Positions 37,201 to 50,596 are shown, numbered from the stretch's first letter. The stretch is 64,000 nucleotides of DNA from Eledone cirrhosa (GCA_964016885.1 OZ024740.1:317192001-317256000); one strand, 5' to 3'. Program-made: numbers and translations. The notes: generated by a model from the letters alone, not told the origin.

Positions 37201-38468
37201 TAAACTTTTCAATGTTACATCTTTGATTTCCAATAGTAAAAATTCATCACCTTTTGTTATTAGTGCTAAATCATTTGTAACATCATTGCATCTTCATATT
37301 TCCCATATACTGTGCATGGGTCTTCATGTGGAAATGTACCACATGCACTTAATAGGTATATGTGTATGCATCTTTATATTCCCCATATAGTGTCATGCTA
37401 ATGTGGTTTCATGTGGTACAGGATGTCAAGAGTTAAAAATTAAAATGTATAACAACGGAGCCCGAGAAAACTGGTGATGTCTTACATCAACAAAAAGTAT
37501 ATAGTAATGTTCAGGGGTTTAGATAAATCTGTATGATGTGTGGACAGGAGGAATCTTATATGAGGATTGTCTCTTTGAGAGAGAGAAATATTTATCTCAA
37601 AACCCAGGCAATATATTTACATGATTGAGATCTTTGGTGTTATGCAGTAATACAGAAGTATCACCTTTCCATGTGCATGGGTTGAAGCATACATCTGATA
37701 CGCAACACTTTCCCCTATCCTCCCCCCCTCTCTACACCTCCCACGCCCTAACACTCCACCCACATCCTAACACCTCACCCTCCACCCATACCTTTACACC
37801 TCTCAGCCCCAGTCCACACTGTAAAGGCTGGTTAAAGAACATTAGTCCCCCCCCCCCAGAACACTCCAGAAGGCATGCCTACTGGGAACAAGGGTCCTCA
37901 TCTAGTACAACAACATTAAACCATATTAGCAAGACATTCTTTAAAAGTACAAAACAACACCAAGATTGCATCGTATTGAAAAGTAAAGTCTTTAGTTTAC
38001 TACAAATTTTCATAATGATCTTCTCACTAGTAAAGATACTATAAATATTTGAATTAACAAACCTTTTTTTAGATATTTTCTGCTAAATCATTACAAGATG
38101 TTAAAAGTTAAGTAAGACACTTCAAAGTCTACTAGTTAGTATTAAAAAAAAAAAAATGCATCCAATTAGAAATTATTTGCTTAAAAATATGAGAGAGAAA
38201 CAACCTACATAGATGTCTAAATTTGTAGAAGCATTCAACCCTACTAGTATGAGGGGGGAAATATGTAGAAACACTAAATAAAGCTGAAAGAATATTAAAA
38301 AACAAAAGCCCCCACGTAAAACTTATTAATGAATATAAAATGTCTAAGTTGGTGAGAAAGTGAGGGAGTCAAGCATAAAGTTTGGCAGTACAGCACATTC
38401 AGTTGGAACGATGCCATAAAACTGTGTTGGGATATCTACTTATTTATGTGCATGTATGTCTGCTTGTC

Positions 38469-38507
<39 letters not shown>

Positions 38508-38562
38508 GTGTATGTTTGTTGGTGTGTATATGTATATATGATGATGTACACATACGCCTATA

Positions 38563-38642
38563 CAGGGTGTCCCCCAAAAATGTATACACATATTTATTAG
38601 AATGCTGTTGAAGTGTGTATACATTTTTTGGGGACACCTCTG
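38563..38642. mobile_element. M1 mini-MITE
   Basis: CAGGGTGTCCCCCAAAAATGTATACAC...GTGTATACATTTTTTGGGGACACC. Confidence 0.85.
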
Positions 38643-39262
38643 TGTGTGTGTGCGCGCGCGCAAACACACAACCACATATAAATACATAATATCACAAAAT
38701 AGCAAATGATAAGTGAACAGGGTCTGTTTGTAGTTTCTGTATTGCTGTTGCCAATTCCATTGCCTCATCTCAGAGTAATAGAGAAGTAATTGATAGACAG
38801 GTAATATCCAAGATGACCAGAAGATAAAACGGACAGCAGACACAGGTTTGAAGAACTACATAGTTCTCTTCTATTGTACTTTAACTTTTAACGTCCTGTA
38901 CCACATGAAACAGCATTAGCAAGACAATCTTGAAAAGTACAAAACAACAATATGACTACATCATATTAAATATGAAAGTATTTTCTGTGACACTGCACAT
39001 TTTCACAAAGATCTGTCCACTAGTAAAGACACTATAAACATTTGAATTAACAAATCTGTGTATATCTGGTTTAGAATAGGGACTCAGTATTCCTGCATGT
39101 CTTAAGTGACTAAAAAAAAAAGAGTTGGTGTCAAGAAGGGTATCTGTTTGTAAAACATTGCATCTATATATATATGATGAGGATACTCACACAAGTGTAT
39201 GTGTGTTGGTGTATATATGATAATGATATACACATACACCAATATATATATATACATATACA

Positions 39263-39354
39263 CGGGGTGTCCCAAAAAAATATTTACACACCTTGTGCAG
39301 GCAATATTTATTAGAATGCTGTTGAAGTGTGTATATATTTTTTGGGACACCCTG
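39263..39354. mobile_element. M1 mini-MITE
   Basis: Family TIRs with a 3' TA. Confidence 0.85.
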
Positions 39355-39776
39355 TATATATAGATATATACACACACAAGTCCCGTCCAACCAATGCCAG
39401 CATGGAAAAGTTGACATAAAAACGATGATACGGATGATGGTGTTGGTGGTGATGGTAATGATGATGATGATTCTAGGTATCTGCTGAATCATTACAGGAT
39501 GTTAATTAAGTGTTAATTACTCTACACCTACTGGCTATCAAGGTAAGGTATTGGACCTTCTGTCGAAGGTATTGGACCTTCTGTCCAAAGTATCACAGCT
39601 TCAAAGTTTTACAACAGGTATTTTTACTCCAATCCTTTGTAAGTGAAGTTGGGTGGATGAAAACTGTGTGGAAGCCTGTTGGATGGATTGTACCTGTTCT
39701 TGGGTAGACAAGTTAATCTGTTGCCCAGTTTAATACGATTACCTGCTACTAGAGAATATTTGGCAATGAGAATATA

Positions 39777-40119
39777 CTCTTGGGTCTCGAATAATCCCCA
39801 CCCTCCTGTCTCTGCTCTTATTCCACCTTGCTGCTTATTAAATTTGCTAATCTATCTCTGGCGAAATTTTATTTTAAGTGGTAGCATTCCTGCGACAATT
39901 CATTTTCTTTAGACATTAAAAAACATTATACAAGACAAAACAAAGTACATTACTAGAAATCCCATACGTTATAAAATAAATAGGATGGGGTCTTAATATG
40001 TAAACTAAATGACTAATTCTCTTTTCTAAAAAAAATCAAGAGAGACAACCTAAAGAAATTACTGATTTTTTACCCCACCCATGTTTATCTCCCCACCCCA
40101 ATTATTTGGGACCCAAGAG
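39777..40119 (+). mobile_element. TA-flanked MITE
   Basis: TA|CTCTTGGGTCTCGAATAAT...ATTATTTGGGACCCAAGAG|TA. Confidence 0.8.
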
Positions 40120-40529
40120 TATCTGCTGCAACAATTCATAAAACACTGACTTAGAAATAATATATTCAAAATGTCTAGATTAATATTTCAACCAGTTTCT
40201 TGAATAGCATCAATATTTTTTTATCTTTTGTTTTATATATGTTAAAAAAAACAACATGGAACCATCTTATTTAAATGACATCACCACCATCATCATTTTA
40301 TGTTTTTTCCATTCTAGCATGGGTTGGAGTCTGAGAGTGTCTTGCCACTCATCACATACCTTAGTCATCTGGTACTAATAAAAACAGAGATATCCAGTTG
40401 TGTGCGTGCGTGCGTGCGTGCGTGTGTATTTTGCATGGTCAAGTACCCCTTTGCAGTGTGCATTTTATTGCATCACCAACACTGGAATGGTTACCTCTCC
40501 TAGTTCTTTTTTTAAAGAATTATTGCCTT

Positions 40530-41005
40530 CTTAGATTGGTTGCCTGCAATGAGTCTAGTAGACTGGTTACCTGCAATGAGGCTGGTAGAGTCTAGTAGAC
40601 TGGTTACCTGCAATGAGGCTGGTAGAGTCCAGTAGACTGGTTGCCTGCAATGAGGCTGGTAGAGTCCAGTAGACTGGTTGCCTGCAACGAGGTTGATAGA
40701 GTTCGGTAGACTGGTTGCCTGGAATGAGGCTGGTATAGTCTGGTAGTCTAGTTGTCTGCAATGAAGCTGGCGGAGTCTGTTTGCCTGCAATGAGTCTGGT
40801 AGACTGGTTCTCTGCAATGAGGCTGGTAGACTGGTTGCCAGCAATGAGGCTGGTAGAGCCAGGTAGACTAGTTGCCTGCAATGAATCTGGTAGACTTTAC
40901 TGCAATGATGCTGGTAAATTGGTTGCCTGCAATGTGACTGTTAGACTACTGCAACGAGGCTGACAGAAGCTGGTAGACTCTACTGCAATGGGACTGGTAG
41001 AGTCC
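40530..41005. repeat. Degenerate ~37-bp minisatellite
   Basis: TAGACTGGTTGCCTGCAATGAGGCTGGTAGAGTCCAG and shorter variants. Confidence 0.9.
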
Positions 41006-41533
41006 ACATCTCTTTAATTTATTTCTTCAATTTTTGGCATGTATAATGTTCAATATTGATTTCTCATTTAAGTGCAACACTATCAGTTTAAGAAACATGT
41101 GCAGGGAATTGCAGTTGCATTGAACACAGTGTACTATTACAAATATTTACTTTATTGACACCTCCACCTTCTTCCTGGGAGAATAACATAATTGGTCCCA
41201 ACAGGATTTGAAATCAGATCAAAGCCAGTGAAACTAATTACCATAAAAAATTTAGCCTAGCACACTATATAAATTTGTTCCCATCAAGTTTGAGTAGGAA
41301 AGAAGTTCCAAATAATGAGAGATGAGGGATGGGAAAATGGTAAGAATAGGGCAACAGCAGCAGTGGCAGGAGAAGAAGTCTAAGAAGTGAAACAATATTA
41401 GTTTCAGGTTAGCTCTATGATCACAACCATTCCAACTTTGACCATCCCATCTTATACATCTATGACTTTATTGTCCAATGTTCTTTTCTTTTTTGTTAAT
41501 AGGAAATTTGGCTGCTATTTTAGCAGCTATGTA

Positions 41534-41731
41534 CAAGGGCTGGCTGAAGAGTTCATAGGTTGACTATGAAGGAGTGATGTTAGAGCTGTAAAATCTTGCA
41601 TGCATTAATTTCAACTCTTTTTATTAATAACTGCATTGTTTCTTTCCAGGGCTTATGTTGAAAAATAAACCTCATTGTGTCATTCCATGAGAGTATCTTG
41701 GTCAGCCTATGAACTTTTCATCCGATCCTCA
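41534..41731 (+). mobile_element. M2 mariner-type MITE
   Basis: Homologous to 3252-3455, with TIRs present. Confidence 0.8.
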
Positions 41732-42025
41732 TTTAGAACAAGAACGTTCAATCAAGGACAGATACCAGAAAGGAAATAATAAAAAACATAATTCGGATAA
41801 TTAATTAGAAATATTTCTTTTGGTTGTAAATTAATAGATGACATAGAGCAGCTGATGCCTCAGAATTAAATATTGCATGAAATTTTAGTTGCTGTTAACT
41901 CATAAATATTGGAGTTAATATAACTATGCTGCTAATATTGCCTGACCTGTTAGCTAGAAATAACAACCATATCTTCCTCACATTACATTCTACCCTCTTA
42001 AAGAAAGGAAGCACATATTCAAGAA

Positions 42026-42238
42026 TGGTTTCTAAGTTAGGTATAAAACCAGCAATTTTCTAAGAGGGGATAAGTCAAATAAATCAACCCCTTGTACTTG
42101 AATAGTACTATTTTTATTGACCACTAGAAGGATGAAAGGCAAAGTTGACCACAGAAGGATTTGAACTCAGATGTTAAGAGCCAGAGCAAAGACTGTACTG
42201 AATTTTGTCTGATGCCGAAATGATTCTGCCAATCCACA
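42026..42238 (-). mobile_element. SINE family B (diverged)
   Basis: AAGGATGAAAGGCAAAGTTGACC..GGATTTGAACTCAGA..CTGCCAATCCAC. Confidence 0.75.
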
Positions 42239-42835
42239 ATTCTTATACAATCTTAGATAGTCTAAGAAGACAAGATGATCATGGCTGGAATGCTTTTGAT
42301 CATTAGTCTGCTTCATTGGGTTAAAAACATCTAACGATTTCTCATCAGTATACACATACAAAATATAGGGAGAGCATGAGAGGCACAGACTTTGGAGGGG
42401 AACAGATCCTCTACAAGAGTGCCATAAGTTACCCTGGACTCCTTATATTTACATGTGATTTTTTACAACATAGATACATACTAGCAAGGAAAATGGATGT
42501 TAAATGATGACAATGATGATGATACTAACAAAAATGACAATGTAACTGTGTGTGTGTGTGATGTAATGGAAGAGGAACAAGGATCATGGTTTTAGTCTAC
42601 CAATAGAGACAACAGCAGCATGATGGTGGTATGGTGGTGGTCCTGGTGGTGGGAAACATGACACCAATGATAATGTCAATGGTTGCGATAAAGTTGATGG
42701 GAGATGATAAGGGTGAAGAAGGTTTAGGTGATAACACAGATGAGGGTGCTGGTGATGATAATAATGGGTGGCAATAAATAGTAAGGGAGGAAGATATGTG
42801 CAAGACAGATAACAGCAATGATGTAGTGATAAGGT

Positions 42836-42897
<62 letters not shown>

Positions 42898-43469
42898 CTA
42901 ATATTAGATTTCTAATTATTCATTTTATTTTACATCTTAATAAAAAAAAAAAAATAGAAAAGGGATGTGTGCGTGTGGTGTTGTGAAGGGGTGTGGGTGT
43001 GAGTGTGTGTGGCGAGGGATACAAGAAGAACAACAACACTCAACATTACCCCCCCCCCACACACACACACACCTAAAAGACTGGGAGTCTGTCTCTGCAT
43101 GGCTGCTTGATCTACTAACAAACCCTTAAATCACATCTTATCCTTAAAAACAAAAAAGGGGACATATTAGATAATGTATTCTAAGATATACAATATAATG
43201 AGACAGCCAAGACTGGGATGTTTTCAATCAGAGGTCTTCTGGATAAATGTTGACCTAAGGCTAAATAAATGGGATAGCCATGAGTGGAATGAATGCCTTT
43301 GATCAAACCCCACCAAGTACCATCGCAAACAACCCACCCCACTCCCACAAACCCCATCAAGTACCAAACAACCCAACCAAACAAACCACCCCACTCTCAC
43401 CAACTCCACCAAGTACCAAAACCCTCACAAACCCCACCAAAGTACCAAAAGTTGAAAACTGATACTTAC

Positions 43470-43862
43470 TTACTTTCAGCTGGAAGTCAAGATACAATGT
43501 ATGTCCAGTACGCTGTTTGGGGTCCCATTTATAAATCAGCGTTAAGTTATTGGCATGTGAGGGAAAGACTGGAGGGTCTTTGAGAAGTTTTTGGACAGGA
43601 CAGATAATTCCCATACGGAATTCTTCACCACTCGTATTGCGTTCGGTAATGCTAATTTTTGGTAAACATTCCATTGAAACGGTGGAGCTGTTTGCTGGCT
43701 GCCACGGAACTTCAAAGCCACGAAGGTCGGTGAAGTTCAGTTCTATGTACACCTTTGTCTTGGCAATGATGTACAAGTCACAGGCGTGCTGATCTGTAGT
43801 GTCATACTGCTTTGAATAAACAATCAAGACACTCTTGTTGCTCAATGTCGGACCACAGTCAC
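43470..43862 (-). CDS. Internal exon encoding a CUB domain (CUB-LDLa extracellular protein)
   Basis: Acceptor ttttctgtctatttgcag|GT. Donor gtaagt at 43469 (phase 1, 393 bp) or 43473 (phase 0). Peptide DCGPTL..ACDLYIIA..YIELNFTDL..EC..ISITE..MGIICP..FPSHANNLTLIY..GHTLYLDF fits the CUB pattern with 4 Cys. Non-repetitive open frame. Confidence 0.88.
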
Positions 43863-44014
43863 CTGCAAATAGACAGAAAATAACATTGATGTTATAATAT
43901 TCATTTGAGGAGAAGTAGATCAAAAAAGGTTTTGTACAAATGGTAGATGCAACAAGATGAGGATTTCAGTGAAAGAGACAGAAGTGGATCAAATTGAGAG
44001 TTAAAGAGAGAGGG

Positions 44015-45515
44015 GTGAGATCAGGTGAAGGCTTATGACTATAGAAGGGTCAGTAGAGTGAGATCAGGTGAAGTGTTATGACTATAGAAGGGTCAGTAGA
44101 GTGAGATCAGGTGAAGTGTTATGACTATAGAAGAGACAGTAGAGTGAGATCAGGTGAAGGCTTATGACTATAGAAGGGTCAGTAGAGTGAGATCAGGTGA
44201 AGTGTTATGACTATAGAAGAGACAGTAGAGTGAGATCAGGTGAAGGCTTATGACTATAGAAGGGTCAGTAGAGTGAGATCAGGTGAAGTGTTATGACTAT
44301 AGAAGAGACAGTAGAGTGAGATCAGGTGAAGTGTTAAGACTATAGAAGGGTCAGTAGAGTGAGATCAGGTGAAGTGTTATGACTATAGAAGAGACAGTAG
44401 AGTGAGATCAGGTGAAGTGTTAAAACTATAGAAGGGACAGTAGAGTGAGATCAGGTGAAGTGTTAAAACTATAGAAGGGACAGTAGAGTGAGATCAGGTG
44501 AAGTGTTATGACTATAGAAGAGACAGTAGAGTGAGATCAGGTGAAGTGTTAAAACTATAGAAGGGACAGTAGAGTGAGATCAGGTGAAGTGTTATGACTA
44601 TAGAAGAGACAGTAGAGTGAGATCAGGTGAAGTGTTAAGACTATAGAAGGGACAGTAGAGTGAGATCAGGTGAAGTGTTAAGACTATAGAAGAGACAGTA
44701 GAGTGAGATCAGGTGAAGTGTTAAGACTATAGAAGGGTCAGTAGAGTGAGATCAGGTGAAGTGTTAAGACTATAGAAGAGACAGTAGAGTGAGATCAGGT
44801 GAAGTGTTAAGACTATAGAAGGGTCAGTAGAGTGAGATCAGGTGAAGTGTTAAGACTATAGAAGAGACAGTAGAGTGAGATCAGGTGAAGTGTTAAGACT
44901 ATAGAAGGGTCAGTAGAGTGAGATCAGGTGAAGTGTTAAGACTATAGAAGGGACAGTAGAGTGAGATCAGGTGAAGTGTTAAGACTATAGAAGGGACAGT
45001 AGAGTGAGATCAGGTGAAGTGTTAAGACTATAGAAGGGTCAGTAGAGTGAGATCAGGTGAAGTGTTAAGACTATAGAAGGGTCAGTAGAGTGAGATCAGG
45101 TGAAGTGTTAAGACTATAGAAGAGACAGTAGAGTGAGATCAGGTGAAGTGTTAAGACTATAGAAGGGTCAGTAGAGTGAGATCAGGTGAAGTGTTAAGAC
45201 TATAGAAGGGTCAGTAGAGTGAGATCAGGTGAAGTGTTAAGACTATAGAAGGGTCAGTAGAGTGAGATCAGGTGAAGTGTTAAGACTATAGAAGAGACAG
45301 TAGAGTGAGATCAGGTGAAGTGTTAAGACTATAGAAGGGTCAGTAGAGTGAGATCAGGTGAAGTGTTAAGACTATAGAAGGGTCAGTAGAGTGAGATCAG
45401 GTGAAGTGTTAAGACTATAGAAGGGTCAGTAGAGTGAGATCAGGTGAAGTGTTAAGACTATAGAAGAGACAGTAGAGTGAGATCAGGTGAAGTGTTAAGA
45501 CTATAGAAGGGTCAG
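44015..45515. repeat. 43-bp minisatellite, ~35 units
   Basis: Unit GTGAGATCAGGTGAAGTGTTA(A/T)GACTATAGAAG(G/A)G(T/A)CAGTAGA. Confidence 0.97.
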
Positions 45516-45671
45516 AAGATTGAGGAGATAGGAGGGAATAGATTGTGGGTCGAAACTACAAAAGTAACAGTAGGTTGAAAGTTCAAGACAAAGGGATTTT
45601 GGAATGAGGGCCGGTAAAGAGACACGAGGGGGAGAGTGGTAGGGTAAATGGTTGGGAGAGATAGAGGTGAG

Positions 45672-46625
45672 TGGTGGGGAGAGAGAGATAGAGGGAAGAA
45701 TGGTGGGGAGAGAGAGAGGGGGGAAGAATGGTGGGGAGGGAGAGAGGGGGAAGAATGGTGGGGAGAGAGAGGGGGAAGAATGGTGGGGAGAGAGAGGGGG
45801 AAGAATGGTGGGGAGAGAGAGGGGGATGAATGGTGGGGAGAGAGAAGGGGAAGAATGGTGGGGAGAGAGAAGGGGAAGAATGGTGGGGAGAGAGAGAGAG
45901 GGGGAAGAATGGTGGGGAGAGAGAGAGAGGGGGAAGAATGGTGGGGAGAGAGAGAGAGGGGAAAGAATGGTGGGGAGAGAGAGAGAGGGGAAAGAATGGT
46001 GGGGAGAGAGAGAGGGGAAAGAATGGTGGGGAGAGAGAGAGGGGAAAGAATGGTGGGGAGAGAGGGGGAAGAATGGTGGGGAGAGAGGGGGAAGAATGGT
46101 GGGGAGAGAGAGAGGGGGAAGAATGGTGGGGAGAGAGAGAGGGGGAAGAATGGTGGGGAGAGAGAGAGAGAGAGGAATGGTGGGGAGAGAGAGAGAGGGG
46201 GAAGAATGGTGGGGAGAGAGAGAGAGGGGGAAGAATGGTGGGGAGAGAGAGGGGGAAGAATGGTGGGGAGAGAGAGGGGGAAGAATGGTGGGGAGAGAGA
46301 GGGGGATGAATGGTGGGGAGAGAGAGGGGGATGAATGGTGGGGAGAGAGAAGGGGAAGAATGGTGGGGAGAGAGAAGGGGAAGAATGGTGGGGAGAGAGG
46401 GGGAGAATGGTGGGAGAGAGAGAGGGGAAAGAATGGTGGGGAGAGAGAGAGAGAGAGAGGGGAAAGAATGGTGGGGAGAGAGAGAGGGGAAAGAATGGTG
46501 GGGAGAGAGAGAGGGGGAAGAATGGTGGGGAGAGAGAGGGGGAAGAATGGTGGGGAGAGAGAGAGACAGAGAGGAATGGTGGGGAGAGAGAGAGAGGGAG
46601 AGGAATGGTGGGGAGAGAGAGAGAG
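45672..46625. repeat. Polypurine satellite: GAATGGTGGGGA(GA)nGGGGAA
   Basis: About 35 variable-length units. Source of the long S/L/P/F and G/E/R ORFs. Confidence 0.95.
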
Positions 46626-46726
46626 GGGCAAGAGAGGAAAGAAGTGGGGAGAGATAGAAAATAAATGGAAAGAATGAAACAGGAAATTGATTTGAGATAA
46701 TTGCACTGAAAAAATGTGTATGTGTG

Positions 46727-46791
<65 letters not shown>

Positions 46792-47974
46792 ATGTGTGTT
46801 TAAGGGCATACATGTATATATTTGCATATACATGAAACTTCATGTATTTGTGTACACATGCTGGATAAACAGTCATATTATATACATGTACATATAAATA
46901 TACATATATATATATATATATTTGTGGGCAAATACATGTTCATCATATATAAATGGACAGGCAGATGAGTATTCTGGAAATGTTTATATTACAAACTGTG
47001 TTTTACTGGTGTGTATGTATGACTATATTATTTATAGATGTGTGTGTGTGTGTATTAGAGAGAGAGAGGGGGGGGAGAAAGAGAGAGGGGGGAGGAGAGA
47101 GAGAGAGAGAAAGGAGAGAAAGAAAGAATATGTGTGTGTGTGTGCAGGATTGCATGAGTGTGCATGCTCAAATATAGAATACAATACTCATTTACAAATA
47201 TAGCCGTGTATGATACACATATGGACATACAGGGTCTCCCACAAAAATGTATACACACTTCAACAGCATTCTAATAAAAGTGTGTATACGTTTTTTGGGG
47301 CACACACACACACAGTGTATTAGAACAGAACAGCATTAGACTGCATTCATGCAAGCATGTATGTTTTTGTGTGATAAACGTATGAATGTACACACGTGTA
47401 TGTGTGCATGAGTGTGTGCGTGTGCATATGTGTGTGTGTGAATACAAATAAATGCATAATTGTAGATACAAACATGCAAGTCTTTATATCTACAATTGGT
47501 TAAGCAAGGTTGGTATGTATGTGTGTGTGCATGTGCGTGTGTGTGTGTCTGTGTGTGCCTGTGTGTGTGCATGTGAATACAAATAAATGCACAATGGTAG
47601 ATATAAACATGCCAGTATCTCAGTGTAAATGGTTAAGCAAGGTTTGTATGCCAGCAAAGCCAACATCCAATGTAAAAGAGCTGTGGAGTTAAACTCTATA
47701 AACTAGCCAGTGATCAATAAAAGCTGATACATCCTGATATCAATGAAACTGCAGTTCTGTTCATCGATATATCATGGAACATATGTACATAGATGGCATT
47801 TTCTGTCAACAACATGCAACACTTTTGGAAATGCAGCCACCTTTGAAGCATACAACAAACATTTTATGGCGCTTTTACATGTATTATTGTGCTGCACTAT
47901 CACCATGCAGTGTTGAGTGTTCAAGCTAATAGGATTTATACACATACATGGAAAAGTATGGTAATGGTGATAGG

Positions 47975-48565
47975 ATACATACATACTGACATACATATAT
48001 ACATACATACTGGCATACATAGATACTAGCATATATACATACTGACATACATATATACTGGCATATATACATACTGACATACATATATACTGGCATACAT
48101 AGATACTAGTATATATACATACTGACATACATATATATTGGCATACATAGATACTAGTACATATACATACTGACATACATATATACTGGCATACATAGAT
48201 ACTAGTATATATACATACTGACATACATATATACTGGCATACATAAATACTAGTATATATACATACTGACATACATATATACTGGCATACATAGATACTA
48301 GTATATATACATACTGACATACATATATACATACATACATACTGGCATACATAGATATTAGCATATATACAAACATACTGGATACATAGATACTGGCATA
48401 CATAGATACTAGCATACATAGATATACACATACATACTGGCATACATAGATACATACATATATACATACACACTGACATACATATATACATACATACTGG
48501 CATACAGATACTAGCATATATACATAGACATACATATATATGGTGTACATGCATACTGGCATACA
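47975..48565. repeat. AT-rich degenerate minisatellite, ~52-bp higher-order unit
   Basis: TACTGGCATACATAGATACTAGTATATATACATACTGACATACATATA-type units repeated. Confidence 0.9.
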
Positions 48566-48707
48566 TACACACACACACAGTTGTGTTGGGGTGGGGGTGG
48601 GGTAACCATAATTTACAAAAGATATTCAAAACATTGGTAGAGTATAGAACTTTCATTCATATGAATGAAACAGTTCTAGTCCTGTAAAAGTCAGGATGTG
48701 ATATTAT

Positions 48708-49080
48708 ATCATCATCATCACCGTTTTACGCCCGTTCTTCCACGCTAGCATGGGTTAGACGGATTGTCCTATTGTGGGCAGTGTCCGGTCGGCTGACCTT
48801 GTCTTGCTCATATGGGAACTGATTCTGGCTTGATTTCTACAGCTGGATGCCCTTCCTAACACCAACCTCATTTACAGTGATGCTGGGTGTTTTTTTGCCG
48901 TGGCACCTCCACGACCACTTTGCAGTGGAATGATAGGGACCCCAGTCCTATCATCTCATTTCTACAGCTGAGTAAACTAGAGCAACGTGAAATAAAGTGT
49001 CTTGCTCAAGGAAACAACACATCACCCGGTCCGAGAATTGAACTCACAACCTTTCGATTGCAAGCCTAATGCCACGCGCC
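48708..49080 (-). mobile_element. Full-length SINE family E: tRNA head, central domain, RTE tail
   Basis: GGCGCGTGGC..GTGAGTTCAATTC head, TCCTTGAGCAAGACACTT core, CCATGCTAGCGTGGAAGAACGGGCGTAAAACGGTGATGATG tail. Confidence 0.85.
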
Positions 49081-49646
49081 TTTATATATATATATGAGAC
49101 ATAGCTCAAACCCTCCATCTCAATTATACTTTTGAAAAGCATTAGAACTGTGAAACCGGTAAAGGAAATAAGTAAATATTCTTGAAAAGACTCCAGTTGC
49201 ATTTTCCATTTCTTTCTCTTACATATATCACATCATCCTCGTTGTTTTTACAACTGTTTTCTCCATGCATGTGTGGATTGAGGGGGAGGGGGGATATTTT
49301 TTATGGAAATTTTTAAGTATGGCATGTACTGGAAATGTTCCTTAAACCACTACACTGTAGTATAGATGCTTTATAGGGGTCATGAATAATGTCAGTTTTC
49401 ATAAATGATATCAAAATGACATAAGCTATGATATATGGCAACTGTAGCCTGATGACCTTCATAATCCCCATACTAGTGATTGGTGTAGGTAGGTGGTTTG
49501 TTTTGCTAGGTGGGTTAGGACATGGTTTAGCAGTTTCTGTGTGGTATGGGACTGATGTGTGTAGTCGAATGTAGTTTTATAAATTATGAATGCTTGAGAT
49601 GGTGGATAGCTTTGGTTTGTTCTGGATGCATTTACCTTCAAGTTAA

Positions 49647-49875
49647 CCCTTTAGCATTTACATTACTCTATATTTTCTATTATATTTAGTATTGTATTTT
49701 CACGGTAAAGGCTTTACCTCATAATTATCTCACATAATATCCAATCTGTGAGATTTCGTTATTTATTTTGCGAACAATACCTTAACGTCTGTATGAGTAG
49801 CTGGTTTACAGCTGGTTTGAACAGAAAGAGGAAAGGGAATTCTAGCTGGATTTGGCTGGTTTAAATGCTAAAGGG
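49647..49875 (+). mobile_element. P1 MITE
   Basis: TTAA|CCCTTTAGCATTTA...TAAATGCTAAAGGG|TTAA, perfect 14-bp TIRs. Confidence 0.9.
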
Positions 49876-50096
49876 TTAAGGCAATTGACAGTTTTAGTTA
49901 CATATATAATACTAATCCTTGGCCTTGCTGAATTTTGAATTAAAAATGCTCTGTTCATTCTTCGGGAGCGAATAGTTATAGTAATAACTATTCTCTCCCG
50001 AAGAATGAAGTGTAAAAGAGGCATTGAACTTAACTTATCTTACCAATGAAAATAGTGAACTATAACCTCATATATTAATGTGTGTATGTGTGTGTG

Positions 50097-50468
50097 TGAC
50101 AACTTCTCTGACCATACATAAGCAGGATACAAACCCCTTGGCGTGCTTGGGAGGTCAATAGCCCCACTTCAGTACTGACTTGGTCTATGTAGTCCCATCC
50201 AACCCTTGGTAGCAGGGAAAGCAGACATTAACTAATGCTGATATCATCATCACCATTTAACGTCCATTTCTCCACGCTAGCATGAGTCAGATAAGTTGTC
50301 CAGTTGTGAGAAATCCCAGGTCAGGTGACCATGTCTTGCTTCTACAGAACTGATTTTGACTTGGTTTCTACAGCTAGATGCTTCCTAATGCCAACCACAT
50401 TTTGTGTAGGTTGGGTGCTTTTTGTTGTGTCGCCATCACAATCACTTTACAGTGTGGACTGGGTGCTT
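50097..50468. mobile_element. Tail-to-tail family F (+) and family E (-) retroelements
   Basis: F ends at ~50240 and the E tail (CAT)n begins at ~50242. Confidence 0.7.
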
Positions 50469-50564
50469 CACTAGATGTATGGAAGGGTGGGGTTGAGTGG
50501 AGGTGGTGCATACAATATATGTACTTCAGCTTCAGCTTGTATCCATGGGAAGGCGGGTCTTGCG

Positions 50565-50596
<32 letters not shown>

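Noticed and set aside
44015-45515. Regular 43-bp repeats resembling a CRISPR array
   Set aside because: Head-to-tail units with no unique spacers, no cas genes, and a eukaryotic context. The same applies to the 35-, 52- and 39-bp arrays.
45501-46876. ORFs of 228-454 aa on both strands
   Set aside because: Low-complexity polypurine satellite that lacks stop codons by composition.
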